64,000 bases of DNA from Rotaria socialis (Eukaryota): NCBI GenBank assembly GCA_905331295.1, contig CAJNYD010000017.1, positions 1-64,000 on the forward strand, in the 5' to 3' direction. The position numbers and the translations under genes were made by a program. This document shows positions 41,967-55,330 of the stretch, piece after piece. The notes beneath the pieces were generated by a model. That model had not been told where the DNA came from. It worked only from the letters and a program-made list of their open reading frames with translations, and did not search any database. Numbering within the stretch: position 1 is the first letter of the stretch; each line of letters opens with the position of its first letter.

Positions 41967-42791
41967 AGTGATATTTGCTAATGCAAAAAGAAAAGGAATT
42001 TAATAATGAATAGAATTTTTCTGCTATTTTATCTAACAGAGAGATCCACTAATGTAACACAACTTGGGATACGGGATAGAAAGAAAGGAAAAGAAAAGAG
42101 AAAATGGTCTGAATTCGACCAAAGATTATATGTTAGCCTAGAATGTGTCTTTGTTTTCTTTTACTTTTTTTTCTTGCTAAAGAAATATTATTCCTCACTT
42201 CATTATAGAATTTCAGTGTAAATGATAGTGACACTATCGCATTATCGAGTAAGAAAAAAAGCCAATGAAGAGTATCTATTCATCACAAGCAAAACTTTTA
42301 TGCATAGGCTTCTGAAATTACGAATGCTTTTATGAACTTCATAGGAACATTATTCTGAGGATATCCATTTATGGGTCTAATGAAATACAAGAGTGATACT
42401 TTGCAAACACTTGTCTCTGCTTTCCTTGATAATAAAAATGTTTCAACTACATTTAGTAGAACAATGAATTAAAGCAATTTAGACTAAACCTGCACGGAGA
42501 GACTTATTAAATATTTATTAATGGTTTTTTCTTATAGGAAAAAGATAAAATTCTATTCTACCTAATGTAATGATGATATTTACTCTGAAATAGAATTTCA
42601 CATGCTTTCATGCGTAATAGAAGAAGAAGAAAAAGAAGAGTCATCATTTTTATATTACTATAAATGCAAAGTTGTATATTATTTCAAGTATTCAAGAACT
42701 TTCAAAGTAAAATTCACCAATAAAACAACAGACTGGTTGCTACTTTTAAGTTTATTGAAAATATGAATTAGGAAAGTTTTCCTGTTAAAAA

Positions 42792-45180
42792 TCAACGATA
42801 AGTTGGGATAGAGTCACACGCATGAGGATCATCAGAACGTGCTGTTTTAAAATTGCATAGTAAACTGCGTCGACATTCATGGTCACATTTGGCTCCATTC
42901 GAATAAGATTTTGTATAGTATGTGTATGCTAAAGTCATCAGTGGCCCATCAATATCATTTTGCATTCTCTGAGTGAGATTATGCCAGTCTAGAGGAAATA
43001 AATTTTGCATTTGATAGGCATCTCGTGCTCCATATTCGTCGACGAAAATTGTTTTATTATACGAATTCGATGCAGTCAGATTCATAATCACCGTACGATG
43101 ATCGAGTACCCAATAGGAACTATTCTGATAGGAGCCGTCCATTGTATAAACACGATATCCTGGATTTAAGAATGCTTGTGTAGTCAGAGAAGGTGTTACA
43201 TAGGCCTAGAATGAGAACGATTAAAAAACAAAAATTGATCTCAATGATATATTTCAAACCATTGATATAGGTCGTTGACTATCAGCATCATCATAGAATA
43301 CAATAAATTCATCATTGTGAGTATGACCATAAAATTGGCCAGCAATAGTATTTTCATATCTACGATCGGTATATATTCATTAAAAATGCTTAAAATACTA
43401 TGTTTAAATATCGTACCGATTGACAATACTATGAAAATTCCAACTGAATGCTGCTAAACAAGAACGTGGTGGATGATGTCCAATAATATGAACTTTTTCA
43501 TCATGATCCTCAGCATATTGTAACCATTGGACTAACTAAAAGTGCAAAAAAAGACATACTGATTGTTAGAATTTTGTTTTTTTTTGTCGAAAACCTTACC
43601 CATTGAAGTTGTCCCAATGGATCAGTTGCGTTAACGAACAGCCAATAGTTTTCTGATGAACAATAATTCATATTGAGAGAGATTAATCGTAAACCGGGAC
43701 GTACAATTGTTGTATAAAAAGCTCCAAGTGAAATAGTATCACGTGTATCAGATGGTAAACCAAGTGTAAGCCAACTATCAGCTAACGCTTCGTACAACCA
43801 TGAAATATTTTCCGATCGAATAGCTGGTGTAGGAAATAGATTGCACGGTGCTAAAGATCAAGATCAATAAATCCAAATAAAGAAACAAGACCGGTTAAGA
43901 TAAATACCTGCTTCGTGATTTCCAACGGCGGGATAGAAAGTTTTATTAGGAAATATTTGAGTTAATAATTGATTTATAGTTTTAATCGAATACAATTGTT
44001 CGTCACGTGATTGATTCCATACATTGTGAGGTGGTAGATCACCAGTATAATAGATGAAGTCAAACTAGCATAATAGAAGATTTAATAATCGTCTTTCGCA
44101 TACTCATAACTTACATCTTCTATTGCAGAAGCATATTGTAGCATAGCTTGAGCTGTCCAGATAGGTATATCACAATTACGATAATCACCCCTAAATGAAA
44201 AATTCATCATAGTAAAAACTTTTAGATCAAATTTCGTATAAAAGTACCAGAAACCAGCGCCAGCTTGACCAGGCCCTATGTGAAATTTCTTTATAGAGTA
44301 TATACGCATAGATAGATTAGACTCACTAGCTTGACCTTCTCGACAACACAACGGCTTAGTACAATCTGCTTGTGAATCTGGTTTGTAGGAGAAATCTACG
44401 TGAATATCTGATAGATGAAGTATTTTTAATTTTGGCGAGTCAGGCTACATGTAAAAATATAATTTGCTGAGTGTTATAATTTATTTCAGGAGGAGGGACA
44501 CTACTGTAAGAGAGAAAAAGCAAACGTACTGAAGGTGGCTGAGGTGGTTTTGGAGTTGGTTTCGAACCAGGCAAAGTAACATTCCATCGTAGAATAGGAA
44601 AATCAGCTGGATTTTCACAATCAAAAGTAAGTGCACATAATTCTTTACTGTTTAGAGGAGTTATTGATAGTATTTCGATGACAGCATCCTAGTTGAATAT
44701 AGAGAATATATTTAGACGGATAGGTAGTATAACTATTTTTTTCTCACTTTATATTCATGTACAGCTCCATAACAGACGTCAATATCGAGAAAGAGTTCAA
44801 TTTTTTTACATAAAACAAGCGTGACATTTTCAATATGAACTGTTTCATTAATTTCGATGAGAAATTGAAGCTTTGAAAGAAGAAAAATCAAACAAAAATT
44901 CGTAAGATTCTATTCAGCCTACCGCAGGTATAAACAAGTAGCAGAAATCGCAATAAGGTGGAGTAGCTTGTTGACTAAGTGCCCATCGAAATGCTTTAAA
45001 ATTAGGTGAATGTTCAAAACGATGACGATAACTAGCGATCGTCATCGTAAGCCGTTTGTTTTCATTTATACGTTTTGTTAACAATAATTCAACATTAGGC
45101 TCTTGTTGAACTGAACGAGTATCAATGGTTGTCAATGTGGTAAACACAAGCACCAGCAGAAGGTAGGTGAGACACGCCAT
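42792..45180 (-). CDS. SMPD1: Acid sphingomyelinase-like (saposin B + metallophosphoesterase), multi-exon
   Basis: Signal peptide [11 protein letters not shown] and saposin cysteines. [64 protein letters not shown]. Confidence 0.93.
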
Positions 45181-45686
45181 AGAGAAGAATTTATCGAAAG
45201 AGAAGCTATGCTCGCGAAGAATAAAAACAACAAAGTGCTGAATCATGGTTATCTTATCTAATCTTTTTGTGAATACTATTTTGTTGCAGAAAAAATAACG
45301 AATAGGAACGTTCTTTCATAATAAAGTATGGCTTTTTTTGATAAACAGTATGAAATATGGCTGGACGCTTCAAACGTGAAATTAACGCATTAAATGTCTT
45401 TCAAATTAGTTAAAGGAAATGTTTCTTTGAGCACATGGTTGCTTCTTTTTTGTTTGAGCGATTTCTAGGTGAAGGAAGAAGAAAAATATTTATCAATCAA
45501 TTTTCTACGAGAAATTTTCTTTTACATGTTGCCGTATTGTTGATAAGTATTGACACAGGCTTTCAATGGCGAAAACCAATTAGGTTAATGATTTTTTCAA
45601 GAGAACTGCGGTAGAAATGTAAGAAAAAAACAATTCGGTTCTCTTTGATGCACATATTCTAGTCAGTCGTGTTCGGTACAAGCACA

Positions 45687-46280
45687 ATGTTAGTTGATAT
45701 TTTGACTGCGTCAATTCTAGTGTTGACGATCAATGTTATTCCGTGTGTGCATAGTTTTGGCCATAGTTATGTTATCAAGAAAGATTGGCTTAGCGGTGCT
45801 TTATCACGCGAATTTTCCGTCTACGACAAAACTGAAAAGGTACTAAAATATCGCATTGAGTCTCGATTTGCTTTTCGACACAATAATAAAATAGTGGCTT
45901 ACCCTTCGAAACAAGTCCTTGGCAAATTAAATGGCCGATGGTCATTGAGAGGATATGTAGGTGATATTTCGTTTTTGGATCAGTCAACCAATCGATGGAT
46001 CGATGGAAATATTACAGAAATATCAAATTGGCGAATGCGTGAATTTATGATTAATTGGAATGGGACGAATATAAATCTGAAAGGTCAAGTTGATCTTCTA
46101 CCTAAACAATTTTATGAAAAGGGCAGAGGCGAATTGTTAGCTCAATACAAAATACGATCGGCGTCAAGATTGTGGGCTGCAAGATACGATATGGACATAT
46201 TTTCTATTAAATATCCCGAATCGTTGTATCTTCTCGGATTAGCTGTCGAAGAGTTGAGATCATCACCACCGAAAGGCTAG
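45687..46280 (+). CDS. Intronless secreted LURP-one/Tubby-C/scramblase-like beta-barrel protein
   Basis: Signal-like MLVDILTASILVLTINVIPCVHS. YVIKKDWLS...FSVYD...KYRIES, alternating beta strands, YDMDIFS and a hydrophobic terminal helix PESLYLLGLAV. Confidence 0.7.
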   Translation: MLVDILTASILVLTINVIPCVHSFGHSYVIKKDWLSGALSREFSVYDKTEKVLKYRIESRFAFRHNNKIVAYPSKQVLGKLNGRWSLRGYVGDISFLDQSTNRWIDGNITEISNWRMREFMINWNGTNINLKGQVDLLPKQFYEKGRGELLAQYKIRSASRLWAARYDMDIFSIKYPESLYLLGLAVEELRSSPPKG

Positions 46281-47834
46281 CAATGAACGCCTTTATACTC
46301 GATCAAGGCAAACTAATAAAAGAATGGCTTATTTTATTCTGTGTCATGTTGATCTTTTCACGAATAAATACGTTTTCTTTCGGTCACATTTATGATGCAT
46401 AAGGTGTTGTTTGAGATGGGGATTTAAACTTAAAAGTCTGCTACATATATTCTTTGACTTCAAGTTTTCACAACTGAGTTATTTATCATCAATTTTCATA
46501 ATATCTAAATGGTTGACGTGGAGGAGAAGATAAGAAATTAGGCTGTTCGAATTCAAACTCTTTTAATTCGGACTAATACGCCACTTATGGAAGGTCAATG
46601 TATAATGACTAATTAGTTATTGTTAATACAAGAGAGCAAACTAATAATGTATGAAACAATGCATCACGATAAAAAATTCGATATAAAAAAACAGAAGTGG
46701 CTGCTCTGCGAAGAATCGAACCTTCTTCCTATCATTGTGAGGGAGAGAATCATGATTGTTTGGATCAATACTTGAAGATTAGCTACAGTCATATATTTAT
46801 CAATCATCAGAGTTAAAGGTATGGAGAGAATATTCATCAACTGATCTTGATTAACATCATCTAAAACGTTTCAATCCGAGTTTTAATCATAGTTGATTTT
46901 CTTAGCAAATATCAATTGAATCCCATTCAGATGATGACACATGAGTAGAAGTATGTGTTGACAAAATAGCAAGACATAACTTTATCTTGACTTTTTTCTC
47001 TAAGTGACCAACAAAAAATTCATTCTTTCTATTCAAGATACTTTTAATTTTTTAAAGAACAATAATGTTATTACTACAATACTTTGCTGCTCAATTAGGA
47101 TAAATGTCTGTCTAATTAGTCATTGTGTGATATATTCTGGTATTTGTGTGCAATGTCTTGCGCAATGTGTATAACATAAAGTGAAATTACAACGCGTTCT
47201 CTGATTTTTCTTTTTCCTCACTATGGAAAATCGATCTACGATTCCATGATGAAATTGATGTTGCGTAGTGGCAGTACCTCATCTATTTTGTTAGTGTGAT
47301 TGCAAGGAGATGTAATTATTAGTTAAAAATTAGCTTTTAGGATAAGAATTTCCGATTATAGTTTTTATGAAAAACAAATACTTTGAATTGAACAAGTCAA
47401 TTACGGGCGGTAGACGAGTTTTTTGAAATTGTTTAATGTCGGAATCTTAAGAATGGTGGACGTAGGACTCTCGCACACAAAACTGAACTTTAATGTAGAT
47501 GTTTTCTCGAGTGCTATTGACCTTCTGGTATATATTTTCATAATGTCAAGGCATGAAAGAGCAGTAGAATGTTTGCAACAAAAACCTATAACCATAATTA
47601 TATGCTTCGGTGTGTCGTCGTGTTGACGAAGGAAAGAAAGAAAAATGTGTGTGCTTGTTCGTTGTTGTGTTTCTTGAATCAATACCATGGAGAGACTGCA
47701 CACTAAAAGCAAAATTCTTTTCGATCTGTTCTTGTTTTAGTCAACAGTAAGATAATATTTGCAGCTAGGCACGTATTTCACTACGTTCACTTGATCATTT
47801 GAATTATTCTCGAAGTACTAACTAGTGATATTCG

Positions 47835-48359
47835 ATGTCGTCATCCGCGGAGACACCCTCCATCCATTGGCCGCCGAAGTTCGCACCTGATCGGTGTAAG
47901 ACACATGTTAGTAACGAGTTAGAAATGTCGGTATCTGCTACTCATGTTTGGTCTTGGCTTATTCACGCTCGCCAATGGCCCTCCTACTACAACAATGCAC
48001 AAAATGTTGTCTTTATCACTGACACCGAATCGCCGATACTGAAAGAGAATACTCGCTTCACTTGGCGTACATTCGGCATGAATCTTGAATCCCAAGTGAG
48101 AGAATATGTTGAAAACGAGAGAATCGCCTGGGATGCACGTGGCTCGCTTGGACTCTTGGTCTATCATGCATGGTTGATTGTACCACGACCGAACGGAGGT
48201 TGTTGGGTAAGAACAGAGGAGATGCAATTGGGCCTGTTAGCAAGGATGAGCAATACTTTTTTTCCCAATCGAATGTACACTCAGCATCAACGATGGCTCG
48301 AACGACTTCAAGACATGGCCAAACAAGGACTTCCATCAGAGAAAGAAATACCTAGTTGA
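47835..48359 (+). CDS. SRPBCC/START-fold (polyketide cyclase/dehydrase-like) protein, intronless, bacterial-like
   Basis: IHWP...HVSNELEMSVSATHVWSWL...WPSYY...FTWRTFG...ERIAWDA...YHAWLI...VRTEEMQ...HQRWLERL. Visibly more GC-rich than its flanks. Confidence 0.85.
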   Translation: MSSSAETPSIHWPPKFAPDRCKTHVSNELEMSVSATHVWSWLIHARQWPSYYNNAQNVVFITDTESPILKENTRFTWRTFGMNLESQVREYVENERIAWDARGSLGLLVYHAWLIVPRPNGGCWVRTEEMQLGLLARMSNTFFPNRMYTQHQRWLERLQDMAKQGLPSEKEIPS

Positions 48360-48746
48360 TATTCTTCACTAAAGTTCCGATCATCAGTGATTGCAATAGA
48401 ATTACTATTTTTAATAATATGTCTGTTAAAGCGATACTTTAAAATTGTTGATTCAATGGCTTAAAACCATAATAAAACTGAATCTATATTCGCTAATTGT
48501 TTAATGATGCAAGACTAGAGGTGGATTTGGCTGCTGATTTTGTGACGATTTTGGATATCAGAGATGTTTGTGCGGATAGAATTTTCTAAAGAATTGAGAA
48601 TAATATGAAATAGCAATACAAATCGATTTCGGTGAAGCAGATATGTCTTTTACAGTCAACAGCACCGAGAGAGTTAGTGATGGTTGAGAGAGGAAAAACT
48701 TTTCAATAACGAAAAGATGAACTAGAACAAAACGATATAGTACAGA

Positions 48747-49399
48747 CAGTGCCGTAGCCAGGGGGCGGGGTATTGGGCTTGATAGACGTGTATGTTCGAA
48801 GCTCCAAGAGGTTGGGTGATTGCAATAATTAAAGTTCATTGATGTTGTTGGGTCAAAATGCTCGATATGTCACTTAACTCTGCTTCTGGAAAATGTGACT
48901 GAAAGCTCATCAGTCGCTTTAAGCGTATACAACTATATCGAACGAAAGTGACTGAAGTAATTTCAGTGAAATCGTTACACTTTAACAAGGTAAACAGTGA
49001 TATCGCTTATATAACTTCGAAATGAAAAAACGTTTACAAATAACGTAGAAAATGTAGATGAAAGCGAAGTCAACATATATATGATAGTTTTTCGAGAACA
49101 AAGTCAGAAATTTCGAGCAATGACAATGGAATACTCATGGGTGACTTGAAGAGTATATATGCGTATTTAAATTAGCATCAAAGACGCATAGAAACAAATT
49201 TTCAGATGTGGTAGGATTATGAAACGGTAAATTAAGGGAAATGTTTGTCATTGTTAAACAAAACAGAACGAATTAAACGCGGTGATAAATTTTAAAAATT
49301 GTAGCCCAAGTAATATTCAATTGCCGATTGCTACGCAATGCTTAAAATATCTACGCTGGAAATCGGCCCTTGAGTCAAAAACACCTGGCCACGCCACTG
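48747..49399. mobile_element. Old hAT-like MITE
   Basis: TIR CAGTGCCGTAGCCAGG vs reverse complement CAGTGGCGTGGCCAGG. TSD not preserved. Confidence 0.6.
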
Positions 49400-50229
49400 A
49401 TATGTATAATAAACAGGAAAGAAAGAAAATGATTTAGATTAATCTATATATTTAGTCAGCTAATAGATTGGCTCATTTCTCTCTATATATGAGACAAACT
49501 CTACGTATGCGAGTCCGCTATATAATCTCGATGGTATATGTAAGACAGTAGTGTTGACTGTCTATGTGATGAAATGATGATTTTTATGAAACATTCGAAC
49601 AATTCATATAAATTCGGCAGAAAATAATGTTCAGGGCTTAATAAATTACAGTATGTAATTATAATTAGTGATTGAGAATTGGTTCATATTGAAGATGTCT
49701 ATATAGACATTAGTCTGTTCATTAGAAGGGAAGAAAATGAAACAACTATATATATATATATATGTAAAGGAAAAAATGCACACGTGGTTATATCACATAT
49801 ATGAAGAAAAAAAAACGACGGTCCAGCAGGCAAATCGATACATATAGCTTGCAATCCTATTATAAAGAATAAAACATCTTAATACCCGTTAAAAGCTCTG
49901 TACTAGAAGAATATCCTATCATTTATAAAGCACACAGAAAAGATCCTCTAAATTGAACATATGTCCTTCGGAGTCCATAATACTTATTTTTCTTTTTCTC
50001 CGAAATTGAAATAGAAACCATTCCCTGAAATGATTTTATTATTAAATAGAATTCGAAGAATTCTCTGCTAGTCTTATATTCATATAATCCGCTTTATGAT
50101 TTCTCTGGGAAACGCTAATAGAAAAACAGAAAATGATTGCGGAAAGGAATATAAAGTACGTTTAAATCTCCAATAAACTTATACCTCAGCCACAGTCATT
50201 GTGTTCTCAGCACAACTTTATTTATCATA

Positions 50230-51125
50230 TCCCAATCTGTACGTCCTAATCTAGTACGTCTGAATCTTATATGTCTGAATCTAGTACGTCTAAACCAGTA
50301 TCGATAAATTTTTATGCCCATCCATAAGTATTCCCTCCGCTTAACCCTCACTTGGAATGCTAGAGGCATTACCTGAGACGCACATCAATTGTCAAAATCG
50401 AATCAAGTCCGACGTAAGCTCAAGAAAAAAAGAAAAGATAGCGCACAATAATAAGTAATACGATATCATGTATAGAAAAACAATGGGTAACCACAACAAC
50501 CCTTTATTTTAGTGTCGCGGCGTGGGGGCGCCCAGCCCTCCCGCAGAGCTGCGACCAACGCTTGTCTCTGTGTACACAGTGGCATCTACCTTTGGGTATC
50601 GTGGAGCTCAACATGCAAATTTCGGACGCAGCTGTTTCACAGGTGATGCTAGTTGTATTCTACATGGTGTTGCTAGCACCCTACGTGGTGTTGCTAGCGG
50701 CTCCGGCAATGTTGCTAGAAGTCCAGGTGTTTTACTAGCATTACAGGTAATGCTACTAGCATATCTAGTGATGTTGCTAGCATCTCAGATGATGTCACTT
50801 GCATCCCAGATGATACTGCTAAAATCCCATGGTATCGTTAGGTAGGGTAAGCTAGAAGAGGTGCGAGGATTTTTCTGTATTAATTTAGATGTAAAGATTA
50901 AGACGCATTAGATTACGGCGTATAGATTACGACGTATAGATTACGACGTATAGATTACGACGTACTATATTTAAACGTACATGTTAGGATGTATAGATTA
51001 AGACGTATTAGATTAGAGATTAACCGTAAGGTTTAAGACGTAAATATTTAGATGTACATATTTGGAGATACACATAGATATATACCAGATTAAGGCTCAT
51101 AGAAAGGGCGTAGACGTATGGCGAT
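50230..51125. mobile_element. Foldback/MULE-like element with modular inverted repeats and a GC-rich 21-bp tandem core
   Basis: Left AATCTAGTACGTCT units are inverted relative to right TAGATTACGACGTA units. About 8 degenerate 21-bp units (GGTGTTGCTAGCA...) lie at 50642-50830. Confidence 0.55.
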
Positions 51126-51559
51126 CGGAAAAGTTTGAAGCTTTTTTTCTATCGTTTCCCACCGAAACGACAAACCGGATGGACTCCTTCTATTGTTTTT
51201 ATATAGAATTTACGTTCTATATAATAATGTAGCATTGGAATTCTTAAGATACCCGATGAGATCCTTAAGCAAGATCGAAACGTCGTGTATGCTTTGAATC
51301 TATCAAATATTGAGTTTTTAACACACTCACACCCACACTCTTGCCTCTTATCTCCATTCATCTCTTATCTATACGTGCACATATATGTGCGCATAGTTTC
51401 TTTCTCTTGCTTCTCTCTGTTCGGCTATTTTTATTGTTCGTCAGTTTGGAGTCTTTTAATAAAGAATAAACAGGTTCCGTAGCTCGCATCCCGCTGCATA
51501 ACATTAGCTTACTCATAAAACCGAAACTCTCAAATTTTCTCTTATTCAATGAAAGAATA

Positions 51560-52061
51560 ATGCAGTGCTATTTAATTGGTTTATTTTGTTATGTTTCGAT
51601 TTTGTTTATGCAGCAAACTGCGACTAATTGTGAGAAGATTACATGCGTTAGCATACTTAACTCCGCTCCTCCTGTCCATGTTTCCAAGACAAATGTAACC
51701 GACGAAGGAAATGCATGCTGTGCAGTCAGCTCATACGTTTATTATTACGGATCGAGTTGGGTGACCTATGAGCCCTATGATAACTCGACACAGTCGTGCT
51801 GCAAAAGCGCTGACTACAGGACAACCTTGTATTACGGCTTCACCAGTACTGTGGCATATGCCGACGCATGCTGCTTGGAGAAGCCATACAATCGCACAAA
51901 GAATATAGTCTGCTGCGCTGGCACATTCTATAACACAGCGGCGCATGTATCCTTTACATCGAATATAATTGGAGTAGGCGACGCATGCTGTGGTCCGAAT
52001 CCTTACTCAACAGGAGCTAAAAAATGCTGCGAAAACTGGTCGACTGGCGACGAATGCTGCG
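51560..52061 (+). CDS. Secreted cysteine-rich galaxin-like protein, 5' part (truncated by gap)
   Basis: Signal peptide MQCYLIGLFCYVSILF. Repeated CC...PY...CC units (ACCLEKPYNRTKNIVCC, ACCGPNPYSTGAKKCC). Runs into the N gap. Confidence 0.75.
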
Positions 52062-52161
52062 NNNNNNNNNNNNNNNNNNNNNNNNNNNNNNNNNNNNNNN
52101 NNNNNNNNNNNNNNNNNNNNNNNNNNNNNNNNNNNNNNNNNNNNNNNNNNNNNNNNNNNNN
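52062..52161. other. Assembly gap (100 N)
   Basis: Run of N between two convergent truncated ORFs. Confidence 0.99.
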
Positions 52162-52605
52162 TTCAATACATTGGTCGACGTCTGTAAATAGATCCAATGT
52201 GACAACAATCTTTCGAAGCTCTACAAGAGACTTTTGAAAATGTTCCCTTTTCTCATCGATATTGGCATCGAGCCATACTACAAGGTAATTTTGTACGAAT
52301 CTACTTCTTGCTGCTCGCAAAGCTGTTGAGGAAGCTGCAGCAGTAGAGGTAGTCGTTTTTTCGGTGTCTTTGTTGGACATTTCTGATGTTTTTTTGCTAG
52401 TATGTCCTGAGTAGCTGACACTATTGCTTGAACCCGATTTCTTCTTGTCACTGTGCCCGATATGGCTATCGCCGCTTACTGCACCTGATTTCTCGTGTTT
52501 ACTGTGTTTACTATAGCCAGCACTGCTAGTTGTAGTTGGTTTTTTCTCGGTGTTGTGTCCGGAATAACCAGCTTTGCTGTGTGTGTGTGATTTTTTGGTA
52601 TCCAT
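52162..52605 (-). CDS. 5' end of a second receiver-like/ART-TPR family gene (truncated by gap)
   Basis: QNYLVVWLDANIDEKREHFQKSLVELRKIVVTLDLFTDVDQCIE aligns with QNYLVIWVDGNIDENSNDCRNTLAQLRAVISDVNVCTTLEQCVE of the 7245 gene. Preceded by a Ser/Lys/His-rich low-complexity leader. Confidence 0.8.
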
Positions 52606-53359
52606 ACGATACGAATTTAGGAAATTTTACTACAGTAAGAAGAAATCAATTATTGCATTGAATAACTAAAAAGAGTTCTTTTAGGTGCGGCTGCATTATC
52701 AGCGATGAGAACAATTAGACCCGCAATCTGTTCAACTCGCCATCCAAAATATCTAACTCTCTATTTCATACAAAGATCTGCGTACGGAACGTTCGCATAG
52801 AAACCTATGAAGCTGCTCATATTTTATTTATCTCTCTCATTTGATAATAATTTCAGAAAAAGAATCATTTTCTAATTGATGGCTTATCAAGTTCTTCACT
52901 ATCTACGTACTCAAGTTTAATTTAAGATAAAACACTTCAATTTTGTGTGTGACAAACTTTAATTCCAATGGCATCCATGGAATTCGAGAGATTAATTTAA
53001 CACACAAGAGCAATATGATTCGATAGTTCTAATATCTTCATCATAAGACTAACGAAAGACTAACTAGCTTACTAAATATTTTTGAAAGAGCACAGAAAGA
53101 ATGGCGGCTTTCATCCTTTCGAATTGAAGTTTCTTTTGAATAGATTCAGCATTTTATTCTATCCATCTCTTGAATCAAATTTATATTGGGAAGAAAATTC
53201 AACAGCTAAATATGTCTAGAAAAGCTTTATCTTTTATTGAAAATCATTAATTATGATTTTTCTATATTATCAATGAATAATTTGAGTTGAATAAAATATA
53301 CGTACTTGGTATGATGTATTGGAGAATACGAATTTTTTTTGGTATGCTTGCAATAGCTT

Positions 53360-55330
53360 GCACATCATATTTATCGCTGACCAAATTACTTGGTTTTTTC
53401 CCACTTCTGTTTACGTGAACCAATGGACCGTGTCATTTTCAATAGGCAAGCAGTATTTTTCATATACTGTATGTGCTCGTCACTGTGTGGGTTTTTTTTC
53501 TCTTTTACTCTTCCTTTTTCTTTTCCTTTGATTTTGTCATGATCAAAACAAAAATATACGTTGATATATGCATAAAAAAATGAATTACTTTTGAATTGCG
53601 AAGTTTCTTTTTTGATGAGTAAAAGAAACCTTGATTGTTTGCTCTCATATATGAAAAATATTTGCGGTGCATTCTTAAATATACGAAATTTTCATAACCA
53701 AAATTCTTTCTATAGATAAGAAACAATATCAGTGAATTATAAGTCAATTACGGCGAGGTCAGATATTTTTGTTGAACATACGTATGCCTATTAAAATATC
53801 ATTTCATTCGAAAACGGTTATCACCATAAATACATATAGCGTTTTGTCTTTCGTTATTAATCACTTCTATCGAATTCAACAAACAGTTTTAGCGATGTGA
53901 ATTAATGAAATTATATTTCCACAGGATATGTGATACATGTAACTCATGCACTTAGCGTAAATAGCTTAAATTAGTTGAATTCGAAATTCTGTTTATTTTT
54001 ATCTCATGAAATTCTTTTATATGGTCTTGCTTCAATGTGTACACATTATTGGCACGAAACTTGAGTATTTTAAGTAATTGGATTAATTAGAAGCATTCAA
54101 AAACAAAATATTATATGGGCAACAAATAGTATCACCATTGAAAATGTCTCATCAATTCTATCTATTACTCATTCTCAAGTAACAAAAATTATATGAGAAA
54201 CATGTTAATGATTACAATGATTTTCAGTCAATTAGAACGGAGATTTCAGGTTTTAATATTGTAATAAATAATTTAAATTCCCGAAGATCTTTAAATCTAC
54301 TATAAAAAAAAGCACTCGAATATTATGATACTTCTGTGAGTGTCCATATTTCTCCAGAAACTCATCTAAATTGTTTTAATTTCTTGCTATTTGATCCATT
54401 GAACCACTCTATACTTAACTCTCAATAAGTATTATTACTCTTCATCATTGTAATAGTTTTATTCATGATTATAATCTAATTTTTTGTTAAATATTTCATT
54501 CGAAAATAAAGAGATAAAATAAGAACGCATACAATAATAGTTAAACGTATATTTTTCAGGAATATTACGAACGAAATTAGAAGAAAAAAAGAACAACAAT
54601 GATAACAATCTTTTTAATTTAAGTGATAGAACATTTTCAATTATAAAAAAAATTCTCTTATTATCAACGACCATTGTGAATGACTCGAATTCACTAAAGA
54701 AGAAAAAAAAATTCATTTGACTTAACATTCAATTTATGAATTTATTTTCTTCAATATATCGCTATATTTATCTTTCTATAACACAGAACAAAATAATTCA
54801 AAAAAGTTTAAATAAACACTCATATATGAGAAAAAAGAATAATTCTTATATATGACGCATCGGTTTTTCTGTGAAAAAAAGAAAATATTAGTAATTATAA
54901 AGCTGTTAAAAATGATATAATTCAATCGCGACTCATTAGTTTGGTGTTTATGATTTGTGCAATATTTGGTTATGAATCACGATAATGATGATGATGATAG
55001 GGTATTTCAATCACCATACATTTTTCATAGCTTCAGCCAATACTGAATTTACATGATTTGAGTGATAATTCAATCCGAATAGTTGGAAATGAAATTTTTA
55101 ATATAAGAATTATTATTTTTACTTTTAAGTTGACAGTAGAAAATTGCAATTATGCAATTTATGCGTTTGAGAAGCTATTTCAGGAGATAACGTTTTTTCT
55201 TGGTGATCGATGTCCTTTATAAACTAATTTTGTTATGTTGAAAAGAACTGAATCAAGATACAGACTAAAAAAACAACTTAATCATGTTGATAATTGATAC
55301 TTCGATACTCTTTTGAGTATTCTCTTTAAA
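53360..55330 (-). pseudogene. Decayed duplicate 1 of the S6K 3' end (part of penultimate exon, last intron, last exon, downstream region)
   Basis: Blocks match 11040-12785, e.g. TTAAACGTATATTTTTCAGGAATATTACGAAC and CGTTTGAGAAGCTATTTCAGG...GATCGATGTCC. The reading frame is disrupted. Confidence 0.85.

Noticed and set aside
46697..46775. tRNA-like sequence on the minus strand (GGTTCGATTC box)
   Set aside because: No convincing acceptor, D or anticodon stems; at most a decayed SINE or tRNA remnant.
50880..51060. Short repeats resembling a CRISPR array
   Set aside because: Tandem 14-bp units without unique spacers, in a eukaryotic context with no cas genes.
52003..52237. ORFs reading through the N run
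   Set aside because: Artefacts of translating across the gap; the two sides are different genes.
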